Assembly (NCBI GenBank): GCA_045862955.1 | Contig: BTVI01000021.1 | Location: 1 to 62,142, forward strand | Length of the DNA: 62,142 nucleotides | Origin: Fimbriimonadales bacterium | Lineage (GTDB): Bacteria; Armatimonadota; Fimbriimonadia; Fimbriimonadales; JABRVX01 | Reading direction: 5' to 3' | Shown here: in pieces, positions 29,539-38,881 of the stretch | How the letters are laid out: the number at the start of each line of letters is the position of its first letter | How positions within the stretch are numbered: the stretch's first letter is position 1 | Program-made: the position numbers and the translations under genes | Notes under the pieces: model-generated | Told to the model about the DNA's origin: nothing | Seen by the model: only the letters and a program-made list of their open reading frames with translations | Database searches by the model: none

Positions 29539-31260
29539 TTAGTTATCGCCGGCCCGTCCGAAGTTGACGAGACATGCTCCGAGATCACTCAGACCCACCT
29601 CGCCATCCTTGTCCAGATCCACGAACCCGATACCAGGGCTGGATGCGAACTGGTTCAGGATGGCGTTCAGGTCTAACAGGTCGACGAAGTTATCCAGTGT
29701 GGGATCTCCGTTCAGCAGGGTCGGGTTCACAGTGCTCGGACGCCCGGGGCTGAGCAGAGGCATGGTTCGTCGCAGCCAGTTCTGGTAGCGAATAGAAAGG
29801 TCCCAGTTGCCGGGCGGCACCTGCATCGTGATTGCGCCGCTTCCGCTTACGGACATGTTCACGACGAGTATCACATTCTGCGTGCCGGCCTCGCGGATGT
29901 CGACGGGGATGACACTGGGATACGGCCCGGCAAGCGATTGCATCGTCAGCTGCCCCGTGAAGTCCGTGGTGTGGGTGTACATCAACACTACCACGTCCTC
30001 GTTGGACGTGCTGATATACCACGTCCCCGCGACGAAGACGCGTCCCATCGAAGCCACTCCGCAGGCAGCCCCGCGATCGAGTAGGCTGTGCGTAGGTCGC
30101 ATCACGCCGACCACCGTCCCGCTCGGATCATACTTGATGCAGGTCAGTGCTAGCGAGCTGCCGGTGCTGTAGACGTTGTCGAACTGATCTACCGTGACGT
30201 GTTGAGTCTCCTCGAGCTCGGTCCCACCTGTCGAGGAGTAGGTCTTCAGCCAGAGCTGATTGCCCAACGAGTCGTATTTCACTGTAGCCATGTCGCTACG
30301 GCTCCCTGTGTAGAGCCTACCACCGACAATGACGTTGTCCTGGGAGTCGACTACCACGGAGTTGCCGGCGTCACCGCCACCCACTCCGCCGTCCAGCCGA
30401 ACGTCCCACAGGGCGCTACCATTCACCTGACGCTTGACAGTCCAGATATCGGAGTCGGTACCCACGCCAGAGCTGCTTCCGGTGATGATAGGTCGCCCTG
30501 CCGAGTCCACGGTCACTGCATTCGCGATATCGCTCCCTCCCGCGGGTCCGTCGAAGAACTGCACCCAGTTCGTCACACCGGAAGTAGTGTAGGAGATCAG
30601 TACCATATCCTCTTGCGAGCCCAGCCGTCGGCTGTAGCCGCAAGTGAACACGTTGCCCTGAGTAGACACTACGATGTCTCGTGCCTCGTCGCGGATGCCC
30701 GCGGCGCTGTGCAATCGAGTCCAGTCCAGGTTCCCGTTTGGGAGGTACTTCAGCATGACGATCGCGCCGGGCGAGCCCTCGAAGTCACCTGCGACATAGA
30801 TGTTGTCTGCCGTATCGAGAGCGATGGCCCGCGCAGTGTCCTGGCCACCGTTGTAGTGCTTGACCCATAGCTGTGTGCCGGCAGAGTTGTACTTGACGGT
30901 GGTGATATCCCGATTGAACGAGGCGTCCTTCGTGGTGCCAGTAACGATCACGTTGCCTTGGCTGTCCACCACGATGCCGATTCCCACGTCGTCCGCCCCG
31001 GCTCGGTCGTAGCGCTTCGTCCACACACGAGTCCCCTGGTCGTTGTATTTGGCGACCCAGATGTCGGTGTTGAAGTTCAGTTCGCTGGTGCCTACCACAT
31101 ATGCGAAGCCGTCGGCAGTTACGACCATGTCGGCGGTGCTGTCCAGACCGCTTCCGGCATCATAGAACTTTCGCCAGGTCTCGGTGATCGCCCCGAACAC
31201 GGAAGCCGCAAGGCCTACCGTCGCGAGGGCAACACCCGCCAGGCGTGCGAGTCTGCTCAT
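29539..31260 (-). CDS. Secreted SBBP-repeat beta-propeller protein with C-terminal Ig-like + dockerin-like module
   Basis: Signal peptide MSRLARLAGVALATVGLAASVFG; repeats VVDSQGNVIVTG/DITTVKY; NGDPTLDNFVDLLDL..DLDKDGEVGLSDL; start re-placed (GAAAGGAAG RBS). Confidence 0.82.
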   Translation of the reverse strand: MSRLARLAGVALATVGLAASVFGAITETWRKFYDAGSGLDSTADMVVTADGFAYVVGTSELNFNTDIWVAKYNDQGTRVWTKRYDRAGADDVGIGIVVDSQGNVIVTGTTKDASFNRDITTVKYNSAGTQLWVKHYNGGQDTARAIALDTADNIYVAGDFEGSPGAIVMLKYLPNGNLDWTRLHSAAGIRDEARDIVVSTQGNVFTCGYSRRLGSQEDMVLISYTTSGVTNWVQFFDGPAGGSDIANAVTVDSAGRPIITGSSSGVGTDSDIWTVKRQVNGSALWDVRLDGGVGGGDAGNSVVVDSQDNVIVGGRLYTGSRSDMATVKYDSLGNQLWLKTYSSTGGTELEETQHVTVDQFDNVYSTGSSLALTCIKYDPSGTVVGVMRPTHSLLDRGAACGVASMGRVFVAGTWYISTSNEDVVVLMYTHTTDFTGQLTMQSLAGPYPSVIPVDIREAGTQNVILVVNMSVSGSGAITMQVPPGNWDLSIRYQNWLRRTMPLLSPGRPSTVNPTLLNGDPTLDNFVDLLDLNAILNQFASSPGIGFVDLDKDGEVGLSDLGACLVNFGRAGDN

Positions 31261-31493
31261 AGCAAAGTCCACTTCCTTTCTCAACGTCAACGCAGAGTGC
31301 CCGAATCGGGCGCAATTTGGTCCCTGCGCCGGACGGACACCCGACGGCATTCTACCAAAGGACCTGCAAAGCGACAAGAGCAGCCGACCACTTAGCAGGT
31401 ACAAGCTAGTGGCCGCGGTGACAAACCTAGTAGCCGTATCGACCGCTCGTTTGCCGGCACACTGCAAAGAATGCCGGGGCGGGTTTGACAGTG

Positions 31494-33029
31494 TCACACC
31501 GGTAGGGCGATCTTGGCAGCCTTCGCGGCCGAGGCGAACATGCCGTCGACCTCTCTTGCCTTCCTGTCGTAGTCGCGCTGATCCGGCCACACGTCCCCGG
31601 GCATCAGCAGCTTGGGGGGAACGTCCGGGACGTGCCTTGGGACCATCAGCCCGAACACAGGGTCTTTGTGGAACTCGCCCTCGTCCAGTTCGCCGGAAAT
31701 CGCCGCGTTGACCATCTGGCGGGTGTATTGGATGCTGATGCGGTTGCCGATGCCATAGGGGCCACCGGTCCAGCCGGTGTTGACCAACCATACCTGCGAT
31801 TTGTGCTTGGCGATCCGCTCGCCGAGCATCTGCGCGTACTCGTTGGCAGACCTCGGTAAGAAGGGCGCCCCGAAGCATGCGCTGAACACCGGCTGTGGCT
31901 CCTTGACCCCAGCTTCGGTGCCCGCCACGCGTGCGGTGTAACCCAGCAGGAAGTGGTACATCGCCTGCTCTTTCGTCAGCTTCGAGATGGGTGGCAAGAC
32001 TCCAAACGCGTCGCAGGTGAGAAACAGCACGGTGCTGGGGTGTGGTCCCTGACTCGGTATCACCGCTCCATCGATGAACTCGATGGGATACGCCGCGCGG
32101 GTGTTCTCCGTGAGCGCGTCGTCGGCGTACTCGGGGGCCCGCGTCGCAGGGTTCAGCACGACGTTTTCCAACACCGAGCCGTATCGGATCGCATCCCAGA
32201 TCTGTGGCTCGTTGTCTCGCGAGAGGTTGATGCACTTCGCGTAGCACCCACCTTCGAAGTTGAACACCCCATCGTCGGCCCACCCGTGCTCGTCGTCACC
32301 GATCAGCTTGCGCGACGGGTCAGCCGAGAGCGAGGTCTTGCCGGTACCCGAGAGGCCGAAGAAGAGCGCGACGTCCCCTTGCGGTCCCACGTTGGCACTG
32401 CAGTGCATCGGCAGAATGCCCCGCTTGGGCAACAGGTAGTTCAGCACAGTAAACACGCTCTTCTTCATCTCTCCCGCATAGCGCGTCCCGCCGATCAGGA
32501 TCAGCCTGCGAGCGAAGTTGATGATGACGAAGGCCTCCGACCGCGTGCCGTCCACCTCGGGGAAGGCTCGGAAGTTGCAGGCGTTGATAATCGTGAACTC
32601 TGGCACGTGCTGCTCCAGGTCGCTCGCCGAGGGGCGGAGCAAGAGCTGCTTGACGAAAAGCGCGTGCCAGGCCAGCTCGGTGACGAAGCGCACCGGCATT
32701 CGGTAGCGAGGATTCGCGCCCGCGTAGCAGTCCGTCACGTACACTTCGCGGTTCTGAAGGTACGCGATTACCCGCTTATACACTTCGTCGAACAGGTCCG
32801 GTGGGAAGGGCACGTTGACGGCGCCCCAGTCTATGTCTCCCTGCGTCGTAGGCTCCTCGACAATGTAGCGGTCCTTCGGCGACCGCCCCGTGTACGGAAC
32901 CGTCTCGCACACGAGTGCTCCGTTCGAGGCCAGCCTTCCTTCGCCCCTGCGGATGGCGTGCTCGATCAGCTCGGCTGGGCTAAGGTTGTAGTGAACATCC
33001 CCCGTGTAGGCAATCTCTAGCTTCTGCAT
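31494..33029 (-). CDS. pckA: Phosphoenolpyruvate carboxykinase (ATP)
   Basis: TGRSPKD, YAGEMKK, GLSGTGKTSLS, LIGDDEHGW, FEGGCYAK. Confidence 0.97.
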   Translation of the reverse strand: MQKLEIAYTGDVHYNLSPAELIEHAIRRGEGRLASNGALVCETVPYTGRSPKDRYIVEEPTTQGDIDWGAVNVPFPPDLFDEVYKRVIAYLQNREVYVTDCYAGANPRYRMPVRFVTELAWHALFVKQLLLRPSASDLEQHVPEFTIINACNFRAFPEVDGTRSEAFVIINFARRLILIGGTRYAGEMKKSVFTVLNYLLPKRGILPMHCSANVGPQGDVALFFGLSGTGKTSLSADPSRKLIGDDEHGWADDGVFNFEGGCYAKCINLSRDNEPQIWDAIRYGSVLENVVLNPATRAPEYADDALTENTRAAYPIEFIDGAVIPSQGPHPSTVLFLTCDAFGVLPPISKLTKEQAMYHFLLGYTARVAGTEAGVKEPQPVFSACFGAPFLPRSANEYAQMLGERIAKHKSQVWLVNTGWTGGPYGIGNRISIQYTRQMVNAAISGELDEGEFHKDPVFGLMVPRHVPDVPPKLLMPGDVWPDQRDYDRKAREVDGMFASAAKAAKIALPV

Positions 33030-33186
33030 AACTTGCCAAGATACCCGTTCCCGCGGGCCCTCCGGGATCTCGTCGTTTCCCCTCACCCTCCGTGGAACAG
33101 CCGGATGCCTCCACCGCGTGCGGTGGAGGCATCCGCACCGATCTCTCGAAGTACATGGGGCCGCCCCCGCTGACCCCATTTATGGA

Positions 33187-33363
33187 CTACATACCCGGAG
33201 CCGAGCCGGGCGGAACCGCTCCCGGTGGGTCACCGTACTTCTCCGGAACCTGGCCTGGGCCGGCACTCGCACCGCCCAGGTTGCGAACCAAGAAGAACCC
33301 CGCGACGGCGATCAGAACGATCAGGACGACGATCAGCCCGACCTTGTTGCCTTCCTTACCCAT
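33187..33363 (-). CDS. Small single-pass membrane protein (58 aa), missing from the ORF track
   Basis: MGKEGNKVGLIVVLIVLIAVAGFFLVRNLGG...PGM*; 6 bp downstream of the DUF1559 gene; hydrophobic helix + Gly/Pro tail. Confidence 0.7.
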   Translation of the reverse strand: MGKEGNKVGLIVVLIVLIAVAGFFLVRNLGGASAGPGQVPEKYGDPPGAVPPGSAPGM

Positions 33364-33369
33364 GGCCGG

Positions 33370-34236
33370 CTACTCCGCTAGGCACCCGTAGATCCAGGTC
33401 ATCCACTTGATGTTCGCGGCATTGGCATCGCGCCGGCTCTGGTCGCGACTCCAACTGTCGCCGCACGAGGCGGGCACGTCCGCGATATTCATGGTAGGCT
33501 TGACTTGATCCCAAGCGTAGAACTTCGTGTGGCCGTCGAGGAACGTGATGTTCAGGCCGCCACCGTTCACGTTGAAGCCGGACACGGAATCGCCTTGCTT
33601 GCCGGCGTTGTGACGCGTCGAAGCGCAAATGCCGGCGCAGTTCACGCACATGTTGTCCGTCTCGTAACCTTTGAACCTGTTGTGGCCAGAAATGGACACG
33701 CACTCGTTGATGACGGTCCGGTAGCTGCCCGGCACAGAGTCGGCGAACCAGACGTTCTTGGCCTTCGAGCGAACTAAGCGCTCGCGAACGATGATTGCGT
33801 TGTCTCCGCTGTACCAGCCCCCGATGCCTACATTCAGGCCGATGTTGAGCCAACCGTGGTTGTCATCCTCCGAGAAGTTCCAGCGCGTTGCGAACTTCGC
33901 CTGGTTGTTGAGCCGCGGGTCGCGGTTCTTGTCGCGAGAGGGGCAAAGCAGCACTTGCTTGGACTTGACGTATGGCTGGATCAGTCCGGTCCAGATGTAG
34001 CCGGCAGGGAAGCTGTCCGGGTTGTTGATGTGTACTCGGCCGTAGAACAGGGTGCCGTTCTGGTCCAGCATATACATCGTGCCAGCTTTACCGAGCTGAT
34101 TGCTATTGCTGGCGCATTGCGTCTTCATGGCAGCCTCGCGCGCCTGTGCAAACACCGGAAATAGAATAGCTGCGAGGATTGCTATGATTGCAATGACGAC
34201 CAGCAGCTCGATTAGGGTGAAACCTCTTCGCTGCAT
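33370..34236 (-). CDS. Prepilin-type N-terminal cleavage/methylation protein (DUF1559 / H-X9-DG family)
   Basis: [33 protein letters not shown]-terminal [16 protein letters not shown]. Confidence 0.92.
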   Translation of the reverse strand: MQRRGFTLIELLVVIAIIAILAAILFPVFAQAREAAMKTQCASNSNQLGKAGTMYMLDQNGTLFYGRVHINNPDSFPAGYIWTGLIQPYVKSKQVLLCPSRDKNRDPRLNNQAKFATRWNFSEDDNHGWLNIGLNVGIGGWYSGDNAIIVRERLVRSKAKNVWFADSVPGSYRTVINECVSISGHNRFKGYETDNMCVNCAGICASTRHNAGKQGDSVSGFNVNGGGLNITFLDGHTKFYAWDQVKPTMNIADVPASCGDSWSRDQSRRDANAANIKWMTWIYGCLAE

Positions 34237-34375
34237 GAAAGAAAACCTCCCGACACGAGAATGAAGTGACGGCATAGAGTATATCAAGGTTTCCGAGGAT
34301 TTGCGAGTTCGCGCAGCGAATCAGCAAGGATCACCCCGGGATGCACCCGCATAGTCGCATTCCGTGACAAAACGC

Positions 34376-34972
34376 TCATACTCCCCATTCTCTGGCATCA
34401 GGGTCCGGCCTGCCCAAACACTGCAACGCCCGCCGCACGACTCCGTCCACCAGCTCCTCCACGCTGCTCTGCCCGAAGTAGAAGCTAGGGCTGGCGGGAA
34501 GAACGGTCGCGCCCGCCTCCGTGACCGCAACCAGGTTCCGCAGGTGAACCAAGCTGAGTGGACTCTCTCGGATGAGTAACACCAGTCGCCGCCGCTCCTT
34601 CAGCGCAACGTCTGCCGCCCGAGTGATCAAATCGTCCGACACGCCGTGAGCGATACGACCGACCGTCCCCATGGAACATGGCGCAATCAGCATTCCGTCG
34701 TGTCGGAACGAGCCGCTCGCGGGAGGCGTGAGAAAGTCGCGATGACCCAGAAACCGAACGTTGGGCAGTGGCGTCAGTCCCAGGCTCTCCGCGCTCGGCC
34801 TCTCCGGGTCCACGGTCAGACCCATCTCCTGCTTCAGCACGATGGCTGCAGGCGGCGATACGATGGCATACACCTCTTCGAATGCCGCCGACACGCGCTG
34901 AAGCGCCCGGACTCCATAGACCGCTCCACTGGCACCGGTGATTCCCAGAACGACACGCCCCGATCCACTCAT
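34376..34972 (-). CDS. ubiX: Flavin prenyltransferase UbiX
   Basis: LGITGASGAVYG, ASGS, APCSMGT, RAADVALKERR, RESPL. Confidence 0.93.
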   Translation of the reverse strand: MSGSGRVVLGITGASGAVYGVRALQRVSAAFEEVYAIVSPPAAIVLKQEMGLTVDPERPSAESLGLTPLPNVRFLGHRDFLTPPASGSFRHDGMLIAPCSMGTVGRIAHGVSDDLITRAADVALKERRRLVLLIRESPLSLVHLRNLVAVTEAGATVLPASPSFYFGQSSVEELVDGVVRRALQCLGRPDPDAREWGV

Positions 34973-36960
34973 TCCTTCGCCCCCTCGGTCACTTTCAAGT
35001 AGCGGTCCATAGCCATCGCCAGGCCCGCCCGCTGCATCTCGGCCCCACTCAGACTCCCACCGAAGGCATACAGGATGCGTCGCGCGAACTGCAGATACTT
35101 GCGGTCCCCCACCATCTCGTGCACCTCCAGCACCAACATGGCCGCGGCAGCGTTGGGCGAGATGACCTCGCCGTCGTCCGCCGGCTTCAGACTGATAAGG
35201 CCGTTGCGAACGAGCTTGCTGTCCACCGACTGCCCAGCGGCGAGCCGCGCTCGGTTTCGCTCGTCCCTGCGTCTGTCCTCGCTCCGCCACCACAGGCCCC
35301 ACCACCCGCGACGGTCCTCGAACGCCGACTCGAGCCGCTCGACCTGCTCTGTAGCAAACCGAAGATATGCCTCGTCGCGTGTCACTCGATACAGGACGAT
35401 GGCGGCGCGCGCGGGCCACACTTGATCTGCGAGCAGACCCTCCTGAACGCCCGGGCCGTGGGGCAGTAACCCGAAGCGGTCTCGCGGAAGCTCCATCAGT
35501 CGGTTCACCGTGCGCCGAGCCACCTCTATGTACTGTGCGTCTGCGAGCACCTCTCCGGCCACTGCGAAGGCATGAGCCGCGACACCGTTGATGTCGGTGT
35601 ACGCCGAGCCGTCGTTCGGCGGCATCATCGTCCTTCGTGCGGGCGCATCGGCCATCTTGTCCACCGCATCGGCCACCGTCTCACGAGCATCCATCACGGA
35701 AATGCCCATCGCCTCGGCAACGCGCTCATAAGTTCGTGCTGCGCGCAATGGATGTAGAGACGGGTTCCAATCTAGCCCTCCCCTGCCCTCGATGCCAAAG
35801 CGCAATCTCGCAGCGGTCAGCTCCGATGGGGTGAGGATGTCCTGGAGATCGCGGAGCGACCAAGCGTAGTACCGCCCCGGCTCTCCGGGCTTGGAAGCAC
35901 CGGCGATCCCGGTAAGGAAGGTGCCTTCCACCCGGTCCCACATCTCGGACTGCATGAGGTCGGCCGTCTTGCGCGCGACGGCGATGAACGAGGGGTTGTC
36001 CAGCAGAACGCCCGCTCTAGCATAGAGCGACAGCATCTGAGCATTGGATGCCGTGAGCTTGGCGAAGTCGGGCAGCGTCATCTGGCTGTCACGACTGCGA
36101 AGATGAAACCCACCGTGGATCGGGTCGTGCAGAGCGCACTCCGCTAGGCGCTCGAGAGCCGCCGCCAGTACACGCTCGGCCTCCGGATCGCCTCCCTCCG
36201 CGCGGCGCAGCAGAAACCCGAGTACGGGTCCATCCAGGCGCTTCCCGTCCTCGCCCGGGCGCAGGAAGCCTCCGTATGCCGAGTCGAAGCGCCTCACGAT
36301 CGTGTCCCGCGCCGAGACTACCGCCTGGACCGTGGGTGCGGTCGGCTGTTGCTCCGACTCTGCGATGGCCACCTCGAGACGAGCCCTCATCCGCCCGAGC
36401 AAGCGCTCGACTTCACTGCGGTTCACCGACCACAGGTCTCTGGCGTTCTTGATGAACAGCAACATGCCAGGGTCTCCGTCGGGCGGCAGTGGGCCGGTTG
36501 CGGCATAAACCTCGCCTTCTGGAGTCGCAGTTAGATAGAGTGGAAGGCCCACCGCTTCGGAGGCGGCCCTCGCCTGCCACATCAGCGAATCGGCCAGGTC
36601 GGGTCGCTGGGCCGCATCCACTTTGACGCACACGAAGTGAGTGTTCAGGTACTGGGCAATCTCGGGCTCGCTGAAGCACGATTGACCCAGCACCTGCGCC
36701 TCGTTGCTCCAGAAGACACCCACGTCTACGAACAGCGGCTTGTCTTCTCGCGCGGCTCGTGCCAACACTTCGGGGCCCCATTCGTTCCACTCGACGAACT
36801 CGTAGCGGCAAGACCAAAGGTAGGCCGCTTGCGAGTCCTTAAGGGCATTGGCGCGCCCGTGCACCTCGTAGCGCTCGAGGTACTTCGCTCCCATGGCGGC
36901 CAGTGCGATGAGAAGCACTACGTTGGCGAGAACCCGGTGTTGGGGCCTTAGTCGCTGCAC
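34969..36960 (-). CDS. DUF255/YyaL (SSP411)-family thioredoxin-like + alpha/alpha-toroid protein, CxxC-less, N-terminal TM
   Basis: WGPEVLARAAREDKPLF, FVCVKVD..RPD, GGFH, LADQ; TM at N-terminus. Confidence 0.8.
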   Translation of the reverse strand: MQRLRPQHRVLANVVLLIALAAMGAKYLERYEVHGRANALKDSQAAYLWSCRYEFVEWNEWGPEVLARAAREDKPLFVDVGVFWSNEAQVLGQSCFSEPEIAQYLNTHFVCVKVDAAQRPDLADSLMWQARAASEAVGLPLYLTATPEGEVYAATGPLPPDGDPGMLLFIKNARDLWSVNRSEVERLLGRMRARLEVAIAESEQQPTAPTVQAVVSARDTIVRRFDSAYGGFLRPGEDGKRLDGPVLGFLLRRAEGGDPEAERVLAAALERLAECALHDPIHGGFHLRSRDSQMTLPDFAKLTASNAQMLSLYARAGVLLDNPSFIAVARKTADLMQSEMWDRVEGTFLTGIAGASKPGEPGRYYAWSLRDLQDILTPSELTAARLRFGIEGRGGLDWNPSLHPLRAARTYERVAEAMGISVMDARETVADAVDKMADAPARRTMMPPNDGSAYTDINGVAAHAFAVAGEVLADAQYIEVARRTVNRLMELPRDRFGLLPHGPGVQEGLLADQVWPARAAIVLYRVTRDEAYLRFATEQVERLESAFEDRRGWWGLWWRSEDRRRDERNRARLAAGQSVDSKLVRNGLISLKPADDGEVISPNAAAAMLVLEVHEMVGDRKYLQFARRILYAFGGSLSGAEMQRAGLAMAMDRYLKVTEGAKE

Positions 36961-36989
36961 TCTCTTACTCCCTCTAGAGGCAGGCTACC

Positions 36990-38033
36990 CTACTGAGGCT
37001 CATCGGTCTCCGGTGCTTCCCCTGCGCGGAGAAGCTGCTGCGGTTCGGTCGGCGCGTCACCCGCCGCTCGCAGTAATCGCTCCGTCTCCTCTCCCACCCC
37101 TTGTGCCGCCCGCAGGAGGGTAGGAGACTCCTTCCGCCACTCCAACCTCTTCCGGAGAGCCGGGAGCGCGTTGTCGATCGCCTCGCGCAGCGGCGAGCCT
37201 TTCGGCAACGCGGACGCGGTCACCTGCAAGAACTGCTCCGTCCGGTGGTCTCCCACATAGGTCAGCGCCTTCACGGCCGCAACCGCGACCTCCGGGCTGC
37301 CGAGCAGCACCACGTTGTGTAACGCCTGGATATCCCGAGCCGTTAGCTTGCCCGCGTGCGAATCGGAGACCTTGGGCAGAAGTCTCCTCAGTGCTTCTTC
37401 GGCGGCCTCCTTGACGGGTCCGCCCGCCCGAAACTGCTCTGCTACCGGACCACAGGCGAGCGGATCGCCGGTCAGTCCGAGCGCCCGCACCAGCCGGCTG
37501 CGATATTGGTCGTGGGTCGGGACCCCCGCTAGGCCGGCGGAGAAGAGAATGAGACACCACCAACCCTTTAGCAAGAAGTAGATCGTCGCAGCAATCGCGA
37601 TCCATCGGAACACCCACTTGCGCCACAAGATGCCGTAGTTCAGGCGCCGAAGGCGCTTCGTGAGACGCTGCACGGGGTCCGAGCCGCGGATTTGGGCAAG
37701 CACCGGGAGGAAGCGATCCGCATGCTGCGGTCGGTTCTCCAGCGCCTGCAGCAGGGGCTCGCGTGCACGGGTTCCGTACACCAGCAGCCCGGCCTGAGCC
37801 ATGGCGCTGACACGGGCGTTTCGCCGCACGGAGTTGGAGATCAGGAAGGCCACGCGGCGCGAGACGTCTCTCGGCATCATCTGCCGCCGTTTGCCGCACT
37901 GCGAGCAGCGCCAATAGCCTCCAGGGGGCGGCAGCTCGACGTCACAGGGGTGCCCGCATCCTCGGCAGAAGGCGACCGCTTCGTCTTCCTTGCGGTTCTG
38001 AGCCTCTTCGGGGGTCGGGTCGGGGGGCTGCAT
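36990..38033 (-). CDS. Zn-ribbon + HEAT-repeat membrane protein with C-terminal triple LLRA tail (paralog of 5785-6825)
   Basis: CRGC..CSQC, TM segment, HEAT-like AVKALTYVGD, TLLRAA..ERLLRAA..EPQQLLRA. Confidence 0.75.
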   Translation of the reverse strand: MQPPDPTPEEAQNRKEDEAVAFCRGCGHPCDVELPPPGGYWRCSQCGKRRQMMPRDVSRRVAFLISNSVRRNARVSAMAQAGLLVYGTRAREPLLQALENRPQHADRFLPVLAQIRGSDPVQRLTKRLRRLNYGILWRKWVFRWIAIAATIYFLLKGWWCLILFSAGLAGVPTHDQYRSRLVRALGLTGDPLACGPVAEQFRAGGPVKEAAEEALRRLLPKVSDSHAGKLTARDIQALHNVVLLGSPEVAVAAVKALTYVGDHRTEQFLQVTASALPKGSPLREAIDNALPALRKRLEWRKESPTLLRAAQGVGEETERLLRAAGDAPTEPQQLLRAGEAPETDEPQ

Positions 38034-38086
38034 CGCGAGGATTGTACGCTAGGACTCTTCGGTGGGTGGCGCTTTGGGCAACAAAA

Positions 38087-38161
38087 TGGAGCGGGAGACG
38101 AGGCTCGAACTCGCGACCCTCTCGTTGGCAACGAGATGCTCTACCACTGAGCTACTCCCGC
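38087..38161 (-). tRNA. tRNA-Gly (GCC)
   Basis: GCGGGAGTAGCTCAGTGGTAGAGCATCTCGTTGCCAACGAGAGGGTCGCGAGTTCGAGCCTCGTCTCCCGCTCCA; cloverleaf, encoded CCA. Confidence 0.97.
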
Positions 38162-38174
38162 TCGGCAACTCTGA

Positions 38175-38203
38175 AGTATACCAAAGTCGTGCGTGAATGG
38201 CAA
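38175..38203 (-). promoter_or_regulatory. Sigma70-type promoter of tRNA-Gly
   Basis: TTGCCA-17 nt-TATACT on the minus strand just upstream of the tRNA. Confidence 0.75.
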
Positions 38204-38332
38204 GCCATTGCGCTCGACTTGAGCGATTCTGAGCGTGGGTAGCTCGTGCGCTTGCCGGGTGCCGTGTACCGGCGGGTGTGCGGATTCCGGCGTCCCCCCG
38301 GAGTGCTTATCGCCGAGACGGCGAGCTTTTCT

Positions 38333-38725
38333 CTATGCGCCGGCCCGCGTCCGTTGCCTAGCGGCTACCGGCGGCTTGCCTCGAACCTAAGGACCGCGCC
38401 GGGGCAGGGTCCGGGACGGCAGCGGGGTCATGCTTCGACAGGCTCAGCATGACGCCTAGCTCACCATGAGGTCAGGCTCAGCATGACGTCGGGCTTACCA
38501 TGACGGTTCCTCACCGACCGATCCGCTTGCAGAGGGTGGCTCACCGGAGAGGAGGCATCGTACCCAGGGAAGGAGGCACCGTACCCAGGGCATCCGAAAC
38601 CGTCATGCTGAGCTTGTCGAAGCATGACGGCACCTGCCGCGATGGTAGTATCCGAGGTCGGTAGCGTGCCGGGGGCGGGGTCATGCTTCGACAAGCTCAG
38701 CATGACGCAGAGGCTCAGCATGACG
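38333..38725. repeat. Composite repeat: element B + several REP-A palindromes with conserved linkers
   Basis: REP-A at 38427-38454, 38601-38629 and 38680-38707 plus half copies; near-identical to 45629-46007. Confidence 0.88.
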
Positions 38726-38881
38726 TCGCCAGTGACGCACCCTCTGATGGGACGGGGCTTCACAGCCGCCCCGGCAGGCCGGTATGCTCGGGAGAAGGAG
38801 CAACGAAGCAAGACTTGGAGCGCTCCACGCGTCCGCACGGCGCGCCCAGGCCGATATTCTCGGGACAAGGAGCAACGAAGC

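Noticed and set aside
31261..32283. 914-aa version of the SBBP protein
   Set aside because: The upstream part is an out-of-frame overlap of pckA; signal peptide and RBS place the start at 31260
38087..38161. tRNA-Gly as the attachment site of an integrated element
   Set aside because: No integrase and no duplicated tRNA 3' end seen in the window
38624..38881. N-terminal extension of RocD, and MLSLSKH/FDKLSMT-type ORFs at 1-330 and 45782-46437
   Set aside because: Translations of the REP palindrome, not proteins
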